Shown here: positions 54,064-64,000 of the stretch, in pieces
How positions within the stretch are numbered: position 1 is the stretch's first letter
Layout of the letters: every line of letters starts with the position of its first letter
Origin: Dimorphilus gyrociliatus
Taxonomy: Eukaryota > Animalia > Annelida
Reading direction: 5' to 3'
Assembly: GCA_904063045.1 (NCBI GenBank)
Contig: CAJFCJ010000028.1
Location: 310,001 to 374,000, forward strand
Length of the DNA stretch: 64,000 nt
Program-made: the position numbers and the translations under genes
The notes under the pieces: generated by a model
The model's database searches: none
Told to the model about the DNA's origin: nothing
Seen by the model: the letters and a program-made list of their open reading frames with translations, nothing else

Positions 54064-57000
54064 TTAATACAAACCGTCATCGTCTTCATTATCATCATCC
54101 ATAGTAGGCACAGTTTTAGGGGGCGAACGTTTGAAGATGTCTAAATCTGAATCATCACTTTCGAACAAATTCTTTGTATTCTTTTTACCTGAATCTTCGA
54201 ATAGATTATCTCCACTATCTTTTTTAATTAAGGTTTTACTATTCTTGGGTTTGAATATATCATCGTCACTATCATCCAATTTGAGAGGTTTCTTGGGAAT
54301 TTCTCTCTTTTTAGGTTGTGACTCATTAGTTGATTTCGATTTTGGCACTTGAACGGCTGGTATATTCCTAACTTTAGCTCCAAACAATTCGTCGCTCTCA
54401 TAACCGTCGCTCTCTTGTTTCACTATGTTTAACGGACGAGAAGGAGGCGACAATGACTTTTCTAAAGATTTCTTAAATATATCTCCTTCATCGTTACTTA
54501 AGTTTAAGTTAACGTCCTTTTTATTATCTATTTCATTCGATTTTTTGTCAAAAATGTCGGTTTCGTCTTCTGTATCGCTTTTCGATAAAATTTCAGTTTT
54601 TATCGTTTTAATATTATTATCTTCTTTTTTCTCTTCTTTGTTTATTTCCTTAACATCCTTAAGACTATCATCGTTCATTATTATATATCTAGAAGGAGGT
54701 CTCCTATCTTTCGGTCGGACTCTTATTCTATCTCTATTTTCAGCTCCTAGTAATTTTGGAGACTAAACGAAAATGAAAAAAAAGGCTTATATAGAAATAT
54801 GAAAAGGCGAATTCTATTAGGATTTCTTTATTAATCAAAGTATTATATTTTATACTAACAGAACTTTCTTTTGGACTGCTTGAAGTTTCAACCGGATTCG
54901 GGTCACGCCTAGGTACAATAACTGCAGGACCAAACATTGAAACCGCTCCACGTGGTGGTTTTTTACCCCCGCGCAAAGCTTCTAATTGCCTGGAGATGTT
55001 TTGTTGCTTGGCGGCGAACGGATCCGTTTTTGATTCGTTAACCTCCTTTTTAGGCATTTGGGGTTTTTTAGCAGGTTTAGGTAGCGGATTTGGTGATTTT
55101 ACTTCTATCCCGCTTAGAGGATCATTTTCAACTGAACTTCCTGCTGTACTCTCGTTTTTATCGCTTTTTTCACTAGAATTACTTGTATCACTTTGCTTAT
55201 TTTTCTTCTTTCTTGGTGTAACCTTTGGAGGCACAGGGGAATTAGAGCGCCTCTCTGGTAGGGGAGGTGTTGCTCCCTCCGAATCATTGTCAGACGTTTT
55301 GTGGGAAGTACTACTGGATTTAGATACTGGGAATTTAGCTGGTCTCGGTGGACGTGGAGGTGGTATATCTTCGTCCGTGCTACTCACTGTAATGGAAGGC
55401 ACGGGTTGTATTGGTAGTTTATTTGCAGCGGATTTATTTGCTCGAGGAATCGGCTTTCTTCTTTCCTCATCTGAAGTAACACTCCTTGAACTTATTGGAG
55501 ATCTAGGTGGAAGAGGTGGAGGATCTTCTAATGTCTCATGAATTTTTTGTTTTTGAGGTTTAGCAGGTAGGGGTGGTAGTAAATCTGACTTGGCGATACT
55601 TTTGCTATTGTTAATATCATCATCCGCAGATGAGTCAAATAATTCTGCGGACTTATTAGACATTTTCGGTTTAAACAGTTCTTCCTCTGAGTCGTCGAAT
55701 AGATCGCCTTGTAATTTTGTATTAGATTTGGTGCTACGCTGTAAACAAGCGACATTTGTAAGTTTAGAGATTAAATATCCAAAGTATTTTAAGATTTCTA
55801 AACCTTAGGAATAAAGAGATCGTCCTCAGAATCGTCGTCAAAAAGCGATTTTTGCTTGGGTTTCGATCTAAAATACCGTATATCGATGAATAATGAATAA
55901 CAAATGTAAATAACAGCTTACTTCTTGATTTTAGGGCTGGGTTGTTTTGTATTGACTTCAGTTTTCTCGTCCCTGTAGCACCACCGATAGAATATTAAAT
56001 GTGTTATGTTTATGCATATTTGCTCTATTGTTCTAAATACTATTAAAGGCCAATGCAATTTATAAAAATTACCAGGCCATTTCCTAAATACTGATAACAA
56101 CTCTAATTACAAGTATCCTTTATATTTAATTATATACCTAGTATTCGCCTGTGTATTTAATGCCTTTTTTGGTACTTCCGATCCTTCTAAATTTTCTATT
56201 AACTTTTTATTGTCATTAGTGGTTTTGTTAATATTTTCTGTGTTAGACTTAACGATTGTAGGTGTTGATTTTAATATATCATCGTCCTCAGAATCTGTAC
56301 AGAATAACTTAGTTTTCTCTACTTTCTTAGCATTGCCTGATTTTTTGCCAGAAAATAGGTCATCGTCATCGTCTTCGTTATCCTCATCAAATAAACCTTT
56401 TTGTGGTGCCTTTTTTGATTTAACATCAGATTTTTCTTTTTTATCTTCTTTTTCTATTTTCGATTTAGCTTCATTTAATAATTGAGAATTACCAAAAACA
56501 GATATTCCACCAAATGGCTTGTTTTTATTGTCATTTTTTGTCAATGGATTTTCTATTTCATTTTCCTCTTTTATATCTCTAGATTTTTCTGGTTTCTCTT
56601 CTTGTTTCTCTTGTTCATGCTTATCCACTTTGGATGTGAAGAGGTCACTGCTTTCTTCGGAGAAGCTATCTTCTTTTTTATTATTTGATCTGATTGTTCA
56701 AACATTTTTAATTTAGTGAAAAATTTACTCTAACTTTTACTCACTCAGCAATTTCTTCATTGTTTGCTAGTTTCTTTTGGGCTGCTTTTAACATGTCAGT
56801 ATTTCCGAATACCGAAATGCCCCCTACAGGAATCTTTTTCTTCAACTCCTCTTTCGGTTTTTCAGGCGGTGTATCTTCCTCTTCGGAATCTGTTAAAAAC
56901 AAGCTTTTCTTCTCCATTGATTTTGTTTTTTTAGCAGAAGGCTTGGAAGAAAAAAGATCGTCTTCATCATCATCATTATTTTCATCTTGAAATAATGCTA

Positions 57001-59502
57001 CATTAGGTGTCTTCTTCTTTTGAACAGCTTGCGTTGTTGTAGCTGCTTTTGGCTTCTGAGCAGCAAACAGGTCATCGTCTTCATCATCATCGAATAGATT
57101 AAGTGGCTCTGGTTTTTTAGTGGCAGTTCTTTTAGGTTTGGATAGGGCTTCTTCAATTTTTTCCTTTTTAGTCTTAGTAACAATTTTGGGTTCTGCTTTA
57201 CCTACTGTTTTTGTATTAAACATGTCGTCATCCTCGTCATTACTCACATTGAAGAGACTATTTTCTTTATCTCTTGCTTTCTTACTTGCTGTATCAGATT
57301 TTATTGATTTGGGATTTTCCGACTTGTTATCTTTAACATTTGCACTAACGCTAAATTCGTCATCATCATCTTCATCGTCAAATAGGTTCTTAACTGTTTT
57401 TTTTCCAACTTGTGATTTTTCGGATGAAATTGTAGGTTTAAATATTTCGTCATCTTCATCATCATCATCAAATAGACCTATTTTCTTAGATTGTTGTTTT
57501 TGTGGAATGATTTTAGTAGATTTCTTATCTGAAAACAAGCTATCGTCGCCATCGTCATCATCCGATAATGTTACTTTTTTCTTTAAGTTGCTACTTTTTG
57601 TATCAGTTAAGGCACTGTGGTTGGCAGTAGATTTTTTCTTAGTTTTGTTTATAAACAAGTCATCTTCCTCCTGATCGCTCTCATCAAATAATTGACTGGA
57701 TTTTGCTATTTTATTCTTATTTTGTATTTTAGAGTTTATTCCTGAGGTAATATCATCTTTATCTTCATCTTCATCTTCGACATTATCGAATAAGCCTGCC
57801 TTTGTTGAGAATAACCCTTTACTTGGGGCAAACGGTGAATCTTCATCTTCGAAAGGTGGTGGTTCATCACTGAACAAATTAACGGCTAAAAAAGGATAAA
57901 AATCTTTGTTAATACTAAGTAATGATAACAAAAGTGCTCTCATACGTTCTTTTTTCATCGATTTTATTTTATTGTTTTTATTTTTTTCTTTCTTTTTCTT
58001 CTCTAGTATATTCTGAGATTGGGTTCCAATAAGAGTTTTTGAAAGTTCTTTTTGAAGTTTTCTTGGATTGGTCATTTCTTTTTCTTCTTCGTCCTCCTCC
58101 TCATCTTCTTCGTCGTCATCAGATTCTTTTGCAAAGTCATTCTTTTCGACAGCTTTGAATATTCCTTCTTCGTCATTATCTTCAGATTCCGGTTCGAAAG
58201 ACTAATAAAACAATACGATTCAGACTTTCTCCATCAATTAAATTAAGTAAAAAGTTATAGAGTCATTAATCAGCTTACCTTGTTTTTGTCTTGTGATACC
58301 TCATCTTCACTTTCATCTTCTGCTGGCTCGTTATCCTCACTACTGCTGTCCTCGCTTTCTGACACGGAACCATAATCGTTTCCTTCTTTATCCGTTTCAT
58401 CATCAGAATAAGTTGTGGTCAAGCCTACATTTTCATCTTTAAAGAAAGACTGAGATGCAATAAGATGTGGCAATGTTCTATGAATATATGGATCCTTGGC
58501 CTCAAGAAAATAAGGATTTCTTGATGACTCTATTGTTTGATTATATAATAAGAAAGTTATTAACAAGTGGTCAAATGGATGTATTAGTATATAGTTACCA
58601 TCATCACTACCAGATTCAGAGTCACTATTACCTAAGGCCTGTAGCTTCTCAAAATGAGTATCTAAGACACTTAAACCAAGATTCAAAGCAGTTTTTACTC
58701 TGTCTAGCACCTCTTCTCGACTCGGCTAAAAGTAAAAATTCGCTTGAATCGACAAAATTGTATATATTTATATTTTAATTACTTCTTTCTTAGCAGTCTC
58801 CTCCTTTTTCTCTTCAGTTTGTACTTCCTCATCATATACTCGCTTTATATTTGGAAAGTAAATTATTAATTTACGAAATTTAGAAGTTAAATAGTTTTTA
58901 TTTTGTTCAATGAATTCTACATACATTTTCAACAAATTGGGTGTTTGCTAGCATTGTAAAGTCATTGAAAGTATTGTCTAATCGAACATTCGTCATCTGT
59001 TTTAGGAACAGCCAGATTATTAAAGAAAAAAATTAAACAATATAACCTTTGTTTCATGAATTAAAGTATTAAGTAGTTTTTCAACTTCATGAGTTCGTGA
59101 AACTAGTTTTTGCGAATAATTTTGTAAGGAAAGTAGCATCTGAATTGAAAAGAATGTATTAAGTTAATATGCTTCGTAAAACCGTCATTTTAACAAAATT
59201 TATGGACTACGTACAGAAGCATCGGATGCCAGTGTCCAATTTTTGGCTTCATTTTTTATATCGGATATATTCAATGGTCGTTCCCATTTTTGCGCGGCCT
59301 CCGAATTCGGCTGCTTGTGGAAAATATTTGAATATAATATTAAGCATTTGAACAAGCTAAAGTAATTAAAACTCTTCAATTTAATAAAGATAGGTCTTTG
59401 ATTTTAAATAGTAAAAATTTAACGAAAAAACATTTTATGAAATAAAAGAGAATGGCAAAAATATACATTTGTGGGTGTATCGGTTGTTCCATTAGCCGCC
59501 AT
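54064..59502 (-). CDS. WASHC2: WASH complex subunit 2 (FAM21); ~11 exons
   Basis: MAANGTTDTPTN|QPNSEAAQKWERPLNISDIKNEAKNWTLASDAS, F..L.NTQFVE..., many LFa repeats (LFDDDDEDDLF) and a CPI-like motif at 54753-54688. The stop at 54064 is the simplest reading. Confidence 0.92.
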
Positions 59503-59891
59503 ATTTATTATGAAGTGTCATGTGGTTGGTCACATGATTTTCTTAGGATAACGCTCTGATACTGTTTGAAGTTTATTTTTCCCAAAAAGTTTTTAATTAT
59601 AGAAATATTTCGTCTTCTAACATGAAGGCATTTTTTTCCAAAATTTATTGAAATAATTTCTTAATTGTAGGGAGAAATTGGGCAATTGAATTAAAGATAA
59701 ATCAGCAAAATATTTTCCTTCACCATATTGACATTTATACAAGTTTTTGTGATCATTTCTTGATAGAATTGAATAAGTTAATTTTTTCTAGTTTATTTAA
59801 TATTATAAAGTACTCCAAACAGAAAAATCGTTAATTGATCTAACTTTGGTTAGTGCTGCAAATAGTTAACAACCGGTAACCGGTATCGATT

Positions 59892-62868
59892 ATGGCATCT
59901 GAAAAAGTAAAATATCTTTCTTTAGCTTTTATTATATTTCTAATTTATTCATTATTTGTATATTTCTACGTTAATATAATATACTATGGGCTTGACTTGC
60001 CTTGTCTTACAACAATAAGTTTCAAATTCAAGTTTTAGTCCTCATTTGATATGATACCTTTATTTCGTTTAGGAGGCAATCGCTATCGTCTTGGATGTTG
60101 GACCATCCATGGATTCAGCAGCAGAGGGCGATAGAACGAAACTTCAGGAATCCATAGATTGTATTCATATGATTCTTCAAAGAAAAGTAGGCCGTGATTT
60201 ATTACATAACTTAAACAATTTTTCACGCAATTATTTTAGTTATTTTCCGAATCAAAAGACGAAGTTTCGTTAATTCTTATCGGGTCAGATGAAACGGCAA
60301 ATGAGTTAGCTGATGATGATAGCTACAATAATATATCAGTTGCCAGGCCTTTGGCAACAGTTACATGGCCTTTTTTGGAATTCGTGCAGAATGACATTTC
60401 CCCAACGGATAATGAAACCGATTGTATCCTTAAAAGAAATGATTTTTACTAAATAGCTTTTCCTTAATTAATTTCTTTTTTTCTAGTTTTGGATGGTATT
60501 GTTGTTGCAGCTGATCATTTACGCTCTCAGACTATGTAAGTTTTAATTGGTAGATCTTTTGAATCAAGTTCGCATTATATTTTTTATAATTAAAGGGGTA
60601 AAAGAGGATTTGTGAGCTCTAAAATAATATTATTTTCTGATCTTGCTGGTCCTGTGGCTGACAATCAACTAGATGCAATCACTAAATCTCTCAAATCCGC
60701 GGATATAGCTTTAAACGTTATGTATGTTGGGTTAAATTTCCTTTTGCTAAGTAGAATAACATCTATTTATACTTTTAGTGGAGTAGATCCTGATGAAGAT
60801 GAAAGTGACGAGGATAGAAAACCACCGCAAGGGGGTGCAGGACCCTCGACTGCTCCTCATAGAAAACCCAAAACTCCTCAACAAAAGTTAGGTGAAAAAA
60901 TTGTCAATCATATTTTAGAGGCTGTTGACGGAGAATGCTATACATTCAGGTTTATTTAACAATATATTCACTTATTTCAATAATTTAATAAAATTTTACT
61001 TTTACAGTGAAACATGGGAGTTTTTGAGTAATTATCAAAGTAAATCTGTCCGTCCAACTGCCTGGAAATGTCAACTTGATATTGCAGAAAATGTGAAAAT
61101 TCCGATAAATGCTTATATCCGAGTAAAAGAAGCAAAGTCAAAAGGCTTTAAAACAGTTTATGCAAAAGATCCCGAGTCCACTATTATAAGGGAGAGTACA
61201 CATCACTTAAACGACGAAGAGGAAACAGAGGTGGAAAGGAAAGATATGGTTCAAGGACATCGCTATGGTAGTACATTAGTGCCTTTTTCGGATGAAGATC
61301 TCCAGGCTATGAAATTTAGAAGTGAAAAGTGCTTTCAGGTTTTAGGATTCACTTCTCGGGAAAATGTAAGCGGATTTTAAGTAAATTTTCATCAGACTGA
61401 TCTCTTCAGTTGAATGATTTCCTTTGACAGGTCAACAGGTATATGTTTATGGGTGATAGCACAATGATTGTTCATCCGGAGAAAGGAGACGAAGTGGCTG
61501 CCGCCGCTCTTAGTTCATTAATAAAAGCGTGTCAACAAATGAATAAGGTCGTTATTGTTAGAAGATGCTATAGTGCTAGTTCATCACCTAAAATTGGTGT
61601 TTTGGAACCAGATATCGATGAAAAGAAGAATAGGGAAAGATTTTTTTACCACGACCTCCCATTTGCTGAAGATGTTCGTCGATTTACGATGTCTACTCTT
61701 CCATATTCGGAAGAGACCATAACAGATTATAACGACAAGTTTAAACCTTCGGATGATCAGTTAGACGTTGTCGATGGCCTTATTGATTCTATGATGCTTG
61801 TCGTTAAAGATGAGGACGGAGAGAAGATCGAAGAGAAGAAACCTAAGAATCTCTTTAATCCCTATTTACAGAGACTCTATCATTGCTTAAATCATAGAGC
61901 TAATGACACAACTGAAGCTTTACCCGGACCAAGTGATAGATTGGTAGAAAGTTTAGAAATGTCTGAGAGAGTAAAGGAAGCATCAAATAATCAATTGAAG
62001 AAAGTAAAGGAAACATTCCCGTTAAAGAGAGTTGCTAAAGCAAAAGGAAAAGATACCGCCGATAATGTCTTTAATATTGAGTAAATATTATATGGATTGA
62101 TATAATATGAAACATATTCATGTATTAAAATATTCTAAAATTTCCTCCAGAGAGAAAGATGCTGAGGGTGAATCATCTGAAAAGAAACCAAGAATGGACG
62201 ATGTTGAACTATCAGATCTACAGAAAGAAAAAGTTGATAAGGTAATTATCTTAAATAGAAATTTAAGGATATTTATAAAGCTTTGATTATATGTTTTAAA
62301 AAATAGATTGGAACTGTAACACCAGTTGAAGATTTCTTAGCTATTCTATCTCAAAAAGATCGAGATCGTTATGACGAAGCATGCGAAATGATCAGAGAAA
62401 GAATAATACAATTAGTCTTCGATTCATTTGGATCTCAACTGTTTTCTAAAGCTATAGATTGTTTAAGGGCGTATAGAGCTCAAACTTTAAAACATTCCGA
62501 GCCAAGAGATTTCAACAAGTTCCTCTTTAGCCTAAAAGAGAGTTTATTTCAGAAAAATAAAAAGGCATTTTGGAAATTAATGATCGAAGGTAGATAATTT
62601 AATTTTTACCTATTGAAAAAATATTTTATTCGATTTATTCATTAATAATAGAAAAACTCGGACTGGTAACCAAATTAGAGTCGGAAGAAAGTTCCGTCAC
62701 CAAAGCTGAAGGTGATGATTTCCTAACCGAAGTTGTTGAAGAAAAAATTAAGGAGGAAGCACCGCCGAAAGAGGATGCCGATGAATTAGTAAGTTGATTA
62801 ATAACAATAACAATTATACTTAATAAATTATACGTTCTTTCTTCCTTTTATAGTTGGATATGATGTAA
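59892..62868 (+). CDS. XRCC5: Ku80 (NHEJ DNA end-binding); ~11 exons
   Basis: MASEK|EAIAIVLDVGPSM (vWA), GHRYGSTLVPFS, LPFAEDVRRF, FNPYLQR, KIGTVTPVEDF, and C-terminal DADELLDMM* (DNA-PKcs-binding type motif). Confidence 0.95.
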
Positions 62869-63254
62869 TAGAAAGAAAATTAGAAAATAGAAACGAGTGT
62901 GAGCACCTTAGAAAATTTATTTACAAGAGATATCTCACATTTTCCTATCATTTCTCGAATGTTTAACTAGTTTTGAATAGTTTTTGTTTCTTTAAACGCT
63001 AGACAATTTTCAACAATTACTTTTCATAGTTACAGCTTTCATAGTTTTGTACTTTATCTCTATTTCATTGATTTTTAATGTTCTATTGTTTTACAACTTG
63101 TATTTAAGAATTTTAAAAAATTAAAAATGTCTCTGGTATGTTTATGTATAAATACTTAGCAATTGGACGTAATAATAGGTAATTTTTCATCGATTTGACA
63201 ACTTTATTTCAAGACTGCATTGAAATGGTTAAAAATTGCGCTTCCTACCGTACA

Positions 63255-63348
63255 GGCTTCGTAGCTCAGTGGTTAGAGCACTGGTCTCGTAACAAGTCAG
63301 CGAGACAAGGTAAACCAGGGGTCGCGAGTTCGAATCTCGCCGAGGCCT
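63255..63348 (+). tRNA. trnT-CGT: tRNA-Thr(CGT) with 21-nt intron (63292-63312)
   Basis: GGCTTCG-TAGCTCAGTGGTTAGAGCA-CTGGT-CT-CGT-A-[ACAAGTCAGCGAGACAAGGTA]-A-ACCAG-GGGTC-GCGAG-TTCGAAT-CTCGC-CGAGGCC-T. All stems pair and the A and B boxes are intact. Confidence 0.93.
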
Positions 63349-63351
63349 ACC

Positions 63352-63357
63352 TTTTTT
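63352..63357 (+). terminator. RNA polymerase III T6 terminator of tRNA-Thr
   Basis: TTTTTT 3 nt downstream of the discriminator base. Confidence 0.85.
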
Positions 63358-63477
63358 CTTCGCTCTTCACCGCAATTTTTTATATATAATTAATTAAATT
63401 TTATATCGTATATAGAGAGAACTTTATGTTAGATACTTTGATAATAATAAGTAATGATTATATTTTTAATTTATCGA

Positions 63478-63491
63478 CCTATAGATGGCGC
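63478..63491 (+). promoter_or_regulatory. CTCF-like site
   Basis: CCTATAGATGGCGC matches the CTCF core CC.(C/T).AG(A/G)(T/G)GGCGC; 130 nt downstream of the tRNA-Thr gene. Confidence 0.45.
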
Positions 63492-64000
63492 TGTTAAGGT
63501 CTTATTGGAAAGGCTATTAATTAGGTTATTAAATTTTGATATGCTCTTTCCTACTGGAAATTATTTATTTCAATAGTTTTTTGTTTAATTTTTTATTCGA
63601 TATTCGAAAGAAAATCAGTTTAAATGATTAATCCAATTAAATTAACAGATGGCGTCGCTAACGAAGGCGGGAAAAATTAATATTTGAAAGAGTATGAACA
63701 TAAACTCTCCTGATGATTGTTAACATATATCTAGTTGACAGTCACATGGCAAACATTTAAACAAACGAAAAGGTATGAATAAATTAGTAGTCCAACAATC
63801 ACGGACCGATTTCCTCTTGTCGATTTTTTCAATTCGTCCCAGTTTAATTAAACACGTTATAATTATTGAGGCGCCAACAGCAAAAAACAAAAAAAAAAGA
63901 AGAAAAAAAAAAAAAATCAATATTTTAGGAAATATTCGTCACGCATCAATCGTTGAAATACTCATGAAAAATGGAAAGGAACAAATTGAAAAAAAATTTT

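Noticed and set aside
63720-63920. 66-aa minus-strand ORF at the right edge
   Set aside because: Starts in a poly-T/poly-A run, with no splice signals or motif support.

Overview
AT-rich, gene-dense metazoan genomic DNA with very short spliceosomal introns (mostly ~50-100 nt) and no recognisable transposon. The compactness suggests a miniaturised animal genome such as the annelid Dimorphilus gyrociliatus; this is a guess that cannot be verified here. It is not prokaryotic (no CRISPR, operons or IS elements). I can reconstruct 16 protein-coding genes. Tetraspanin (+), an unidentified 3-exon 92-aa membrane microprotein (-), RSF1 (+), ATAD2 (-), casein kinase I delta/epsilon (+), an RGS9BP/R9AP-like anchor (+), an M6PR/ATG27-like receptor (+), LONP1 (-), NPLOC4 (+), NUBP1 (-), SHMT1 (+), SPSB3 (-), COPS2 (-), DDA1 (+), a solitary stem-loop histone H1 (+), WASHC2/FAM21 (-) and XRCC5/Ku80 (+) are all supported; that list has 17 entries counting the microprotein. 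There are also two intron-containing tRNA genes, Ile-TAT and Thr-CGT. Most worth a second look: (1) DDA1, largely invisible in the ORF track, sits head-to-head with COPS2 (212 nt between ATGs) inside a ubiquitin/proteostasis-rich block; (2) the microprotein gene is divergent from RSF1; (3) the tRNA-Thr(CGT) carries an intact-looking intron; (4) CK1 has several candidate alternative C-terminal exons; (5) tetraspanin may use a GA-AG intron. I did not find a clearly new multi-gene system. All homology calls are by-eye motif recognition, not database searches.
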